Shown: positions 8,357-16,627, counted from the first letter of the stretch. The stretch: 22,862 nt of DNA from an uncultured archaeon (GCA_937921735.1 CAKZTQ010000009.1:1-22862), one strand, 5' to 3'. Notes: generated by a model from the letters alone, not told the origin. Numbers and translations: made by a program.

Positions 8357-8474
8357 TAGGCGGGTTCTCCCGGATCGCGAGGCTCCCCCGCCTTCGCCCC
8401 TTGGAACCCGGGTTTGCAGGATGCGCCTACTCGCATATGCGACTCCAAAAGCAAAGGCTGCGAGCGCTTAAAAA
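8357..8474 (-). promoter_or_regulatory. Putative promoter (TTTTTAAGCGCT) + palindrome TCGCATATGCGA + structured 5' leader
   Basis: Shares AGCGCTTAA (8463-8471) and CGCATATGC (8432-8440) with the 3-copy repeat. TAGGCG 8357-8362 / CGCCTA 8424-8429 form an inverted pair. Confidence 0.55.
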
Positions 8475-8488
8475 GAGGACCGCCGCGG

Positions 8489-9292
8489 TTAGGCATCACG
8501 GTTGTTTTTCGCCTCCTCAACAGCCCTGACCAAACTTCTCCACCATCGGCATTGGTGGGACTGTGAATCGTTCAGAACGACCTCGATATTCGCGTATCTC
8601 AGAAAGCTCTCAATGCCGGGGCAGTCCTTCAGCACGCGGGCCACATATTCATGTGGGTCGACATCCCGCTTGTGATCCAAGGAAACCTCGACCTCTTTGT
8701 CAACGATCCAGCCGTCGCGCATCTGCGCAAGGAAAAGCAGGTCGCCGAAGAACCTAACATTTTCAACGGTTGGTTCCCTGAAGAAATTTTCGCTTGTCAA
8801 AAAGCCGACCTTTGCACCGTCAACTGTGGCGACGACGCACCCCACTCCGCCCCTTCTGCTTGCGTACTTACTTCTCGCGCACGGGACAAGCTGGTCCGCA
8901 ATGTAGGCGAACCTGGCTGGGTAGGGCGTTAGGTCGCTGCAAACCGCCAGATGCCAGATGCTTCCCTGGAAGAAGCTGAGCGACCAGAGCCCAGTTGCAA
9001 GTGCCGCTAGCACCACGTTGCCGCTTTCCGCCCTTTCAACAGCTTCGCCGAAGATGGCCTCAACCGTTTCCATCGCAACGCTGTACTTGTCGTGCATGCC
9101 CCTTGTATCGTCCACGTAAACTCCATCAATGCCGACCCAAGTCTGCGCGACTGCGATTATGTGGAGCGGTTCCAAGCGTTCGAGGATCCTTGCCAAGTGC
9201 GGCGGATAGTGCCGCCAGCCCTCCCCCTGCGGAATGTAGGGGTGAATCCTGCACTTAACGCGGCTAATGATGAAACGAGCTAAATCGTCCAT
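8489..9292 (-). CDS. Hypothetical protein
   Basis: Long ORF. Start set at ATG 9292 (MDDLARF), which has a GGAGG SD. Confidence 0.7.
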   Translation of the reverse strand: MDDLARFIISRVKCRIHPYIPQGEGWRHYPPHLARILERLEPLHIIAVAQTWVGIDGVYVDDTRGMHDKYSVAMETVEAIFGEAVERAESGNVVLAALATGLWSLSFFQGSIWHLAVCSDLTPYPARFAYIADQLVPCARSKYASRRGGVGCVVATVDGAKVGFLTSENFFREPTVENVRFFGDLLFLAQMRDGWIVDKEVEVSLDHKRDVDPHEYVARVLKDCPGIESFLRYANIEVVLNDSQSHQCRWWRSLVRAVEEAKNNRDA

Positions 9293-9378
9293 GGAAACCG
9301 CCCTCCGAAACCTTTGCCACGGATTCTGCGGGGGCCTCCCGCTCCAAGAGCATTGGTGCCCATCTGAGGAGGGGAAAC

Positions 9379-9615
9379 CTATTTTGCCCAACTCCTCCCT
9401 CGCTTTGAGCTCGGCTTCAGAGCATTGCGGCCACTTCGGGCTTCACGTTTTCCCCTATCGCCCCAAGGATCTTTTTCGCCGCGGGGTGCTGTGGGGGGCG
9501 TTTTACGCCGCGATATTGCTCCGCAAAAATCGCACCTATCGAGCGGAGGGTCGTACTTGCACCACTCCATGACCTCGCCGCATTTGAGGCAAACCACATT
9601 ATAGATCCTGGCCAT
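9379..9615 (-). CDS. Zn-ribbon protein, possibly frameshifted
   Basis: CLKC...CDFC. After ~9515 the alternative frame (KRPPQHPAAKKILGAIGENVKPEVAAML*, stop 9417) looks more protein-like. Confidence 0.5.
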   Translation of the reverse strand: MARIYNVVCLKCGEVMEWCKYDPPLDRCDFCGAISRRKTPPTAPRGEKDPWGDRGKREARSGRNALKPSSKRGRSWAK

Positions 9616-9641
9616 TCCCGCCACCCCGGAATCCTGCCCCG

Positions 9642-9965
9642 TTACTTTTTCAAAATCGCGTCTAGGGCCAGCGCCCTAAGGACGCGTTGAGGGGCGGGAT
9701 TCTGCAGAAAGCCCCGTTCAGCAGCCTCCCTCCACGTCAGCGGGTTCCTGCTCAAGGCCTCAATCGCCTCGCAGACTTCCTCCGCAGTTTCAAACTTCAA
9801 TCCCTTGCCGCGAACCCAGGACTTCACGGTCGAGTTGTTGAAGATTAGGAGGAAGGCAACGGCCTTAGCCGGATCCCCGTAGAGCTTAGCTGTTCTCCCA
9901 TCCCCGAGCTCCACGATTAAGATTCTGGTGTGGCGGTTGGCCTCGGTTCTGAGAAACGCCTCCAT
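9642..9965 (-). CDS. Hypothetical protein, distant member of the tandem paralog array
   Basis: MEAFLRTEAN...FLQNPAPQRVLRALALDAILKK; GGAGG upstream of ATG 9965. Confidence 0.65.
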   Translation of the reverse strand: MEAFLRTEANRHTRILIVELGDGRTAKLYGDPAKAVAFLLIFNNSTVKSWVRGKGLKFETAEEVCEAIEALSRNPLTWREAAERGFLQNPAPQRVLRALALDAILKK

Positions 9966-9972
9966 CAGAGCA

Positions 9973-10239
9973 TCACGCCTCCAGGACTGCCAACGCCGCA
10001 AGCTCTTTGCAAGCGTCCACCAGATCCTCAGCTGCGCCGTCCGCCTCAAGCTCCATCTGGCTCACAAACAGACAATCGCCGTCCTTGAACTTCGCCTTCC
10101 ATTTCAAATCCTTAATGAGGTGGAGGATCATCTTCTCCTCATTGTTAAGTTTGCCGGAGAGCCACCCGCCATAGGAGCCGACGTCTAGGGAGAAGTGGAG
10201 CCTGTTGCCACTATACACCGTCAACCTTACCTCAGCCAT
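9973..10239 (-). CDS. Hypothetical protein (88 aa)
   Basis: SD GAGGTGG; tightly packed in the operon. Confidence 0.7.
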   Translation of the reverse strand: MAEVRLTVYSGNRLHFSLDVGSYGGWLSGKLNNEEKMILHLIKDLKWKAKFKDGDCLFVSQMELEADGAAEDLVDACKELAALAVLEA

Positions 10240-10249
10240 TCAACCCACC

Positions 10250-10615
10250 TCATCCTTTCAGGAGCTTCCTCAATGAGAGGAAGCTCTCCAGACCCTCAAG
10301 CGTCGGGTTCTCGACCAAGCTATCGGGGATCTCGCGCGAGTCGCGGACATCGTCTAGGCGCTTGAGAGCGGACAGGAGCCCCTCGCCGAGCTCGTCCGGA
10401 ACCTCCACAACGACCATCATGCGAGTCCGGATGAAGCGGGGGACGGTGAGCTTGAGGGATGTTGCGTATTTTTGAAGCAATTCGAGCGCTATCTTCTGCC
10501 CCTTCCACGTGGAGATTTCCGCGTCGCAGCCCTCGCCCGCACGCTCCACAGGGCGGCTGTAAATGCGGAGGCAAATGCTCCACGATCTGCACCACGGGAT
10601 GAGCATGAACTCCAT
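10250..10615 (-). CDS. Hypothetical protein, paralog of 10615..10986
   Basis: Shares IALELLQKY / IAMAVLNNY and LVENPTLEGLESFLSLRKLLKG / LLENPTLERLKAFLPIKKLLEGR. Confidence 0.75.
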   Translation of the reverse strand: MEFMLIPWCRSWSICLRIYSRPVERAGEGCDAEISTWKGQKIALELLQKYATSLKLTVPRFIRTRMMVVVEVPDELGEGLLSALKRLDDVRDSREIPDSLVENPTLEGLESFLSLRKLLKG

Positions 10616-10986
10616 TAGCGCCCCTCCAGAAGCTTTTTGATTGGGAGGAAGGCCTTGAGTCGCTCAAGAGTCGGGTTCTCTAAAAGGGCGCAGTACTCCC
10701 CGTCCCGCCTCATCGGCCTCGCAAGAGCCTGCAGGCGTTCGAGCAGCTTCATCAGCTCCTCCTCATCTTTCCCGGCGTCCACGATCACCGACGGGACGCC
10801 GTGGAAGTGGCTTAGCTTCATCGGGTAGTTGTTGAGGACCGCCATGGCGATCTCCTGCCTGTTGCGGCCGTGGATTTCAACATTGCCGACGCACCGCGAC
10901 CGTTCATACCTGTTGATTATTAACGAAGTGTGGTTTTTATAGTCTAAAGTCATGATGACGAGCATGAATGCCACCTCCTGGCGCAA
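10615..10986 (-). CDS. Hypothetical protein, paralog of 10250..10615
   Basis: Same shared motifs as 10250..10615; TAATG coupling. The true start is probably ATG 10965, after AGGAGGTGG. Confidence 0.75.
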   Translation of the reverse strand: MRQEVAFMLVIMTLDYKNHTSLIINRYERSRCVGNVEIHGRNRQEIAMAVLNNYPMKLSHFHGVPSVIVDAGKDEEELMKLLERLQALARPMRRDGEYCALLENPTLERLKAFLPIKKLLEGR

Positions 10987-11724
10987 TCACAAGAGCGCCT
11001 TCCTCGCAATTGCCTCGCTCGCCTCGCGGTCGTAGCCGTTTTCCCTCAGCCATTCGACCATCGGCTCCCACCCGTGCTCGGTCGAGCTGACCGCTCTGTG
11101 GATTGCCTTTGCCAGGTCGCCGGGCTTCAGCATGCCGTGGGAGAGCAGGCCCATGTACTTGTTTTGGGAACCCCTCCGCAGAAGAGAGATTCCCTTCAGC
11201 ATTTTCACTTCGAAGTCGGAGAGCTCCCCATCCAAGGCCCGCTTGAGGAAGTCGCGTCTGACGCCTCCGGCGCTGAACTCGACGCATATGTCGTCGCCGT
11301 TGTGAAGAACCAGTTTGGGGAATCTGGTGAAGCAGATCTTCAGGTTTTTCCCTACCGCATCCTCCTGGAACAGGTCCTCCACGGACATCGTCTCGCTGTA
11401 AGATCCAAGCTCCTGCCTGATGATGTGGAGGTCCGTAGTTCCGCTGGCCACGATCGCGTCAAGCTCCTCCGCGGATGGGGGAGGAGGGGTCTGGCGATGT
11501 ATCGCGTACTGCAGCGCCAGAACCGCGTTATTGGGCATGTCTGCGATGTAGCCGAAGCCGTCCTCGACGATTGAAATGCTCCTCGAATACTTGTTCACAA
11601 GGTGGGCTGCGAGATCGGGCCGATTTACCTCCGTCAGGGTCAGCTTGTCCCCAATGCGCACCTTCAAGCGGTAGCGGGCCTCCGACATGAAAGCGGTCGC
11701 GAGGAAATAGAAGTGCACTTTCAT
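10987..11724 (-). CDS. Hypothetical protein; N-terminal domain resembles the paralog array
   Basis: 245 aa, SD GGAGG. LAAHLVNKYSRSISI resembles IALELLQKYATSLKL. Confidence 0.75.
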   Translation of the reverse strand: MKVHFYFLATAFMSEARYRLKVRIGDKLTLTEVNRPDLAAHLVNKYSRSISIVEDGFGYIADMPNNAVLALQYAIHRQTPPPPSAEELDAIVASGTTDLHIIRQELGSYSETMSVEDLFQEDAVGKNLKICFTRFPKLVLHNGDDICVEFSAGGVRRDFLKRALDGELSDFEVKMLKGISLLRRGSQNKYMGLLSHGMLKPGDLAKAIHRAVSSTEHGWEPMVEWLRENGYDREASEAIARKALL

Positions 11725-11735
11725 TCCACCGCCTC

Positions 11736-12164
11736 CTACGAGCCTGAGGCGAGCCTGACGGCGAGCAAACCCTTCGCCTCCTCGAGCTGCTCAATGAGGT
11801 CCCTCAGGTCCTCCTCAAGCAGCTCCGGGTTGAAGCGCCAAGTCTTCTCTTCAAGGCATGCGAGGACCGTTTTGGTCCTCATTTCAAGAACGTAGATGCC
11901 GGAGCAGTCCTCGTAGCTTCCGTAAGGAACTATTAGCATCAGGAATCTTCGGTCGCTGTCCATGCCCTTCCCGAAGACTTTCTGAACGGCGAAGTACGCC
12001 ATGTCGTGAAGGAAGCTCTCTATGTCCATTATGACGTCTTCGCCGAGCAACGCCCCGGGGTAGGCGCCGTCCCACTCTCTGTGCAGAAGCTCTTTGACCG
12101 TTCCCTTGCCCCAGTTGCGCTCTTTCATGAGCCATTTCTCAAACTCGCGCAATAACTTCGCCAT
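11736..12164 (-). CDS. Hypothetical protein
   Basis: 142 aa, SD GAGGCGG. Confidence 0.75.
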   Translation of the reverse strand: MAKLLREFEKWLMKERNWGKGTVKELLHREWDGAYPGALLGEDVIMDIESFLHDMAYFAVQKVFGKGMDSDRRFLMLIVPYGSYEDCSGIYVLEMRTKTVLACLEEKTWRFNPELLEEDLRDLIEQLEEAKGLLAVRLASGS

Positions 12165-12179
12165 GGAACCGCCTCGGAC

Positions 12180-12758
12180 CTAAAGGTTCACCGCGGCTAA
12201 GACTTCGGGCTTCTCATTCTCCACCATTGCCTCGATGATCGTTTTGCCAACGTCCGTAAACGGTTCATAGAATTTGCCCTTATAAAATACTGATATGATG
12301 TCGTAAACGGACGTAGAGCCGTTTTTCCATGCGTCTATGGCGTAATATAAGCCGCGGCGACCGTACAGCACGCCCGCTTCCCCTCCTGCGAATTTGAACC
12401 AGTAAACATCCCCATCTTTAACAACCGTGCATTCAACGCCGTTCGGCATCGTGAACTTGTAGCCGCCCTTCTTCGCGTCTGCAATAGCCTTACTTATCAA
12501 GCTGCGCTTACTTCTGTGGCTTTCATCGTCCTCGAGGGCCGATTTTATCGCACAATCCGGGCTTGTCCCGCACAAGAGGCTAACTGCGAACTCGTGCCTT
12601 CCGCTCCTCCCGAGCCCCCTATAGGTCTCGACGAGGCACCTCGCCTCCTCCGGATTGTCGGAGGCCCACTCAAGCCACTCAATGACGTGCCTAGGCGGGA
12701 CCTCCCCCTCGATCTCCTCCAAAAGATTAATGAACCCGTCCGGGACATCCAACTTCAT
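12180..12758 (-). CDS. Hypothetical protein
   Basis: ATG 12758 with SD GGAGGTGA. Confidence 0.75.
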   Translation of the reverse strand: MKLDVPDGFINLLEEIEGEVPPRHVIEWLEWASDNPEEARCLVETYRGLGRSGRHEFAVSLLCGTSPDCAIKSALEDDESHRSKRSLISKAIADAKKGGYKFTMPNGVECTVVKDGDVYWFKFAGGEAGVLYGRRGLYYAIDAWKNGSTSVYDIISVFYKGKFYEPFTDVGKTIIEAMVENEKPEVLAAVNL

Positions 12759-12787
12759 GCACCTCACCTCCCGGAAACGATTAGCCT

Positions 12788-13130
12788 TTGACGCTCTCCA
12801 CGGCTAAAGCCGGGAGATTCCTGCTTCTAGGGTTTTCATGGGTTGGTCGTTCACCGCCCTTTTAGGCTCCCACTTCATCCCGTTCCACCTTAGAAGCAGG
12901 GGGTGTGCCACCGCCCCGTTAACCTCGCCTCCGTGGAGGCGAGCTATATTCAGGACTCCGACAGAGTCTCTGTGTGCTTCTAGCCCGCAGCTTAGGCATT
13001 TAAAGAGCCTTCCCTTGGCGGCTGTGTTCTTTGAGCGGCATCTTGGACATACGCTTGACGTTCGGTATTCGCCCTCTTCTTTAACCTCTATTCCGTATTC
13101 CTCCGCTTTCTTGTCAAGTATTTGTAAATT
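12788..13130 (-). mobile_element. tnpB: 5'-truncated IS200/IS605-family element: tnpB 3' fragment (12804-13130) + right end
   Basis: An unlisted frame reads ...DKKAEEYGIEVKEEGEYRTSSVCPRCRSKNTAAKGRLFKCLSCGLEAHRDSVGVLNIARLHGG...GISRL* (TnpB Zn finger + RuvC-III). Subterminal hairpin at 12796-12816, then GAGAGCGTCAA ending at 12788. Confidence 0.92.
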
Positions 13131-13993
13131 TCAGGTATCTCGCTTGGATCCTCGAACGCGTAAGCCTCGTCCGAGAGGCTGGTGGGCTTGACCTTCCTGT
13201 CGACCGTCACGGCAATCGTCCTCCCAACGGATTCTCCGCTGAACGGGACAGGTTGAAACCTTCCTCCGAGCTTCGCAGCCAGCCTTGAGCTCGCCTTGAA
13301 CGCGGCTCTGCCGCGGAAGCCCTCTATGAGCTCCGCCAGCCCGTCGAGGTCCTCCCGCGTCGGCTCGCAGCCACCATGCAGCGCTCCCCTGCCCACGGCC
13401 CTGAAGTCGTTTATCAGGAAGTCGCTAACGCCCATGTTCAGGCACTCCGCAATTATCCTCCTCATCAGCGGAACGCCGTTGCGGAACAGTAGCAGGTTGA
13501 CGCCCAGATCGAACTTCCTGCCCACGAACTTCCTCAAAAGGGAGCAGTCCTCGAACGCTCTAACGCTGACCCTGACCTCGCCGGCGAAGCCCTCAATTGC
13601 CTCGATTTGACCCTCAGAGGCGACCGTGCCGTTCGTCGTTATCGAAACGTCCAGGCCCGTGTTCAGCCACGTCCACCTGACAAGTTCCGTCAGATGCGGG
13701 TGGAGGAAGGGCTCGCCGCCGCCGAAGGCGACGCCGAGAATGCCCCATCTGTCGAAGAAGGCGATCAAGCCCTTCAGATCTTCGATGGGTAATTCCTCCC
13801 CCTCCGCGGAGGATGAGGCGTAGCACCACCAGCAACGCAGGTTGCACCTGCTGGTCACGGCGACCTGAGCGTAAAGGGGCTTCAGCCAAACTTTCGACCT
13901 TACATCGGGAGCGTGAAGGCACAGCCCGCTTTCCCTATCGTATATGAACAGCCCTTCAGGCGTTTGTATGCTCCTCAAAAAACCACTTCCCAT
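13088..13993 (-). CDS. Radical SAM protein
   Basis: CNLRCWWC (CxxxCxxC), FGGGEP, ITTNG. The last ~13 codons overlap tnpB-derived sequence, so the C-terminus may be truncated. Confidence 0.9.
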   Translation of the reverse strand: MGSGFLRSIQTPEGLFIYDRESGLCLHAPDVRSKVWLKPLYAQVAVTSRCNLRCWWCYASSSAEGEELPIEDLKGLIAFFDRWGILGVAFGGGEPFLHPHLTELVRWTWLNTGLDVSITTNGTVASEGQIEAIEGFAGEVRVSVRAFEDCSLLRKFVGRKFDLGVNLLLFRNGVPLMRRIIAECLNMGVSDFLINDFRAVGRGALHGGCEPTREDLDGLAELIEGFRGRAAFKASSRLAAKLGGRFQPVPFSGESVGRTIAVTVDRKVKPTSLSDEAYAFEDPSEIPEIYKYLTRKRRNTE

Positions 13994-14060
13994 GACCTCG
14001 TTATTTCGGCGAGCTACTAAACTCGCTTCCAGTTGGGTTGATACTGGCGCGCTTGTGAGA

Positions 14061-14696
14061 TTAAAAATTGATGTTTAGGGGGGGAGCATAAACCTTGATC
14101 TCTTCGTAATTGATGTTCAACCTTTCGAAGATGCGTCTTACAGCCTCCGCAAGTTCATTCGGCACGATTATCACGTTTCTTCCAAGCCTCGCCTTCTCGT
14201 CTTTAATGACGCCCTCATACTTGTAAGTCCTCGTTCCTCCCGCGATTTGCTTTCTCTCAACATAGGTGTACAAGGCCCTTCTCAGCCGCATCATTGTGCT
14301 TGAGCTGAGGTTGCTTGTCGAGTAGGTGAAGATGGAGTACGGCTTCAGATTTAGGACCTTCTCCACGGGTATCTTTAAGGGCGGCTTCACCATCAAGATA
14401 AGCCCCTCCCTCAGGACGTTGTCAACGAAGGTCCAATCCTCTTGACTCATATCTTCCAGGTTTGAGGCGTGAACGTCCACCTTAACGTCAAGCCCGCCCC
14501 TTATAACCATTAGCGCATCTAAGCTCTTTTCATGATTTTCCCTTGAGTCGAAAAGGGCGAGAATGTCTATGTCCGATCTGCGATCCTGCTCCCCCCTCGC
14601 CACGCTCCCGTACAGGGCGATTAGAACCAAACCCGGCAGGCGGTATAGCCTTTCAACAGCGCGGGTTACTTGCTCACTCAAGATTGAAGTTGACAT
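14061..14696 (-). CDS. Minimal nucleotidyltransferase (MNT) antitoxin with an extra C-terminal domain
   Basis: LYGSVARGEQDRRSDIDIL is the GSx10DxD motif; overlaps the upstream HEPN gene. Confidence 0.9.
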   Translation of the reverse strand: MSTSILSEQVTRAVERLYRLPGLVLIALYGSVARGEQDRRSDIDILALFDSRENHEKSLDALMVIRGGLDVKVDVHASNLEDMSQEDWTFVDNVLREGLILMVKPPLKIPVEKVLNLKPYSIFTYSTSNLSSSTMMRLRRALYTYVERKQIAGGTRTYKYEGVIKDEKARLGRNVIIVPNELAEAVRRIFERLNINYEEIKVYAPPLNINF

Positions 14697-15048
14697 TTAA
14701 CCTCCTCCCTAAGAACGAGAGTATTGCATTCAGGTGGTTCATAGCTCTCTCAGGCGTGCCTATAGGCATCCTGCCAGAATAACCCATGTCGACGTATATC
14801 CTGTAGAGATCCTCGAACCTGTCAGCTATCTCCCTAGGGTAGTGGGTTCTCACCCAAGCTCTAACCTCACTATGCTCCCTGTAGTGGATGCCTGATGTGC
14901 CTATCCTGGCCAGTTCAGCTTGCACGGCTTGCTCACAGGCCTTATACGCGAGGTCGGCCATTGCCGAGAAGCGGCGCTTCAGATACTCATCCTTCGCAGC
15001 CTTAGCCTTCTCAACGGCAAGCGCGATGTGCGAGTTGAAGTCTCCCAT
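14674..15048 (-). CDS. HEPN domain protein (toxin partner of MNT)
   Basis: All-helical, 124 aa, LAYKACEQAVQA and HYREH; adjacent to MNT. Confidence 0.8.
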   Translation of the reverse strand: MGDFNSHIALAVEKAKAAKDEYLKRRFSAMADLAYKACEQAVQAELARIGTSGIHYREHSEVRAWVRTHYPREIADRFEDLYRIYVDMGYSGRMPIGTPERAMNHLNAILSFLGRRLNVNFNLE

Positions 15049-15061
15049 TTCCGTTCACCTA

Positions 15062-15094
15062 TAACGAAAACCAAAGTATTTATCTCTTTCGTTA
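15062..15094 (-). promoter_or_regulatory. HEPN-MNT promoter: BRE/TATA (GAAAGAGATAAATA) flanked by the inverted repeat TAACGAAA/TTTCGTTA
   Basis: Arms at 15062-15069 and 15087-15094 bracket the TATA-like box about 30 nt upstream of ATG 15048. Confidence 0.6.
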
Positions 15095-15180
15095 AACTCT
15101 AACGAAGCCGCGGCGTACTGTGGTGTTCCGGTTCGGCCCAAGTCATCTAGCGCGTCTGATCAGCCTGTCCGGGGCAGCCC

Positions 15181-15792
15181 CTAGCCATCCAGCGCGAAGT
15201 CCAGCCCGTATCCGAGGACATTGTGGCAGATCTTGACCGCGTCCATCCAATGCGCTATTGTGCCGTCGCTTTTCACGAGAATGCGCCCGCCCAAGTGACG
15301 TTTCGCTACGACAAGGAAGGCAGTCACGGCTAAGTCGTATGGCCTGAAAGCTGTCTTGCAGCACTGGAAGTATTTGCCGACGCAGCGCGGATCGCGGCTG
15401 GACTGGACGGGCTCATACATTTTCGGGAGAACCCTCGGGAAATAGAAGGTTTCATACGAGCAGTCGCCGCCGCAGGTGCGCTGGTTCAGGACCACGCCCG
15501 CGAACCAGGAGCCGACAACGGCCTTATCGGGGCTCGCCGCAACTCCGGGCTTGACGGCTGGGGCAGGCCATGGGATCACTATGTGCCGGTTCTTCGGATG
15601 GCCGCAGTTGCGTAGGCCGTTGAAGATTACCTCGCGATTGTTCATCACGGGCTCGCCCTCACCGAGCCCGTCCCCGAGCTTGATGTCCAACACCTTCAGG
15701 ACTGGAAGGAGCCTCCTGAAGTCCGAAATAATCCTGACGAATATGGGGCGGCTGATTTCCCGCTCCCTGCACCAGTAATGAGTGTAGCCCAC
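15181..15792 (-). CDS. Conserved MGYTHYW-type virus/MGE hypothetical protein
   Basis: MGYTHYW start, plus FNG, YETF, CKTAFRPYD and SDG...W motifs; SD AGGAGGTGG. Confidence 0.8.
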   Translation of the reverse strand: MGYTHYWCREREISRPIFVRIISDFRRLLPVLKVLDIKLGDGLGEGEPVMNNREVIFNGLRNCGHPKNRHIVIPWPAPAVKPGVAASPDKAVVGSWFAGVVLNQRTCGGDCSYETFYFPRVLPKMYEPVQSSRDPRCVGKYFQCCKTAFRPYDLAVTAFLVVAKRHLGGRILVKSDGTIAHWMDAVKICHNVLGYGLDFALDG

Positions 15793-15847
15793 AAAACCAC
15801 CTCCTAAAAACTCAGCTTCAAATCAGGTGGCGGAGCAGCTGACTGAA

Positions 15848-15970
15848 CTAGCCTTCCAAGAGCTGGGCAATCGCAAGCGACGATGCCAGGTCTCCGGGCA
15901 GGTCGCGGAGCCCGATTCCCATGCTATTCAGCGTTCTTTCCAAGAGCTGGGCAACCTTAAGAGCGCGCAT
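15848..15970 (-). CDS. 40-aa ORF with an internal AQLLE repeat (17-bp direct repeat)
   Basis: MRALKVAQLLERTLNSMGIGLRDLPGDLASSLAIAQLLEG*. TTCCAAGAGCTGGGCAA occurs at 15854-15870 and 15938-15954, 84 nt apart and in frame. Confidence 0.45.
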   Translation of the reverse strand: MRALKVAQLLERTLNSMGIGLRDLPGDLASSLAIAQLLEG

Positions 15971-15982
15971 GAAACGTCCCGC

Positions 15983-16627
15983 CTAGGGGGAAATGAGCGG
16001 CGCGACCTTCAGGATCTGCTCGACCTGCTCCTTGACGAAGTCGTCGCCCTTCACTTTCCTCACGAGGCAGTAGGCGCACACCGGAGGATCCTCGGTGAGT
16101 AACAGCGGGCCGGGGTAGCGGCAAAACTTGCAGCCGTCCCCCTCATTCTTCGGGACAAGCGTGAAGTTGGAGGTCTTCCGCAAGTAGCAATCCAGCATTG
16201 CGTCCTCCATCCGCCTTATCGCATCCCTCATCTCCTCAACGTTAGCCCCATACCTGTAGTCGAAGCCCCTCACCCTCCAGACGAGCCTTCTCTCGTCATT
16301 GATGTCCGGTATGTCCAAGATCCAGACCTTCTCAAAGTCGTCTATGTTGCCTCTGGGCCTCAGATCGGGCTTAACCTCGAAGAGTCTGCGTGAGAAGTGG
16401 AGCTGCTGCGAAAGCTTGACCTCGTAGTCGAAGGTTATGAGCATGGTCGCAACGTCTTCAGGGTAGGTGAGCAAGTGGCGCTGACCGTCCACGCACCATG
16501 CGGCGTAACGCGCGAAAAGTTTGAAGTACGGCTTCATGTATCTTTCATAAGCGTCGTAGTGGCGCCAAAGTTCAATAACCGCGCTTGAGTTTCTGACGTA
16601 GATCTCTCCACGCGTTCCCACGATCAC
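15983..16627 (-). CDS. MGTRG / RHxDxY-type MGE protein with a C-terminal Zn finger
   Basis: GTRGEIYV...LWRHYDAY resembles the phage M(S/G)TR...YxHxDGYP family; CKFC...CAYC. True start is probably GTG 16621. Confidence 0.75.
   Translation of the reverse strand: MIVGTRGEIYVRNSSAVIELWRHYDAYERYMKPYFKLFARYAAWCVDGQRHLLTYPEDVATMLITFDYEVKLSQQLHFSRRLFEVKPDLRPRGNIDDFEKVWILDIPDINDERRLVWRVRGFDYRYGANVEEMRDAIRRMEDAMLDCYLRKTSNFTLVPKNEGDGCKFCRYPGPLLLTEDPPVCAYCLVRKVKGDDFVKEQVEQILKVAPLISP

Noticed and set aside
15854-15954. Mini CRISPR array
   Set aside because: Only two 17-bp repeats with a 67-nt spacer, and no cas genes. The in-frame peptide repeat explains it.
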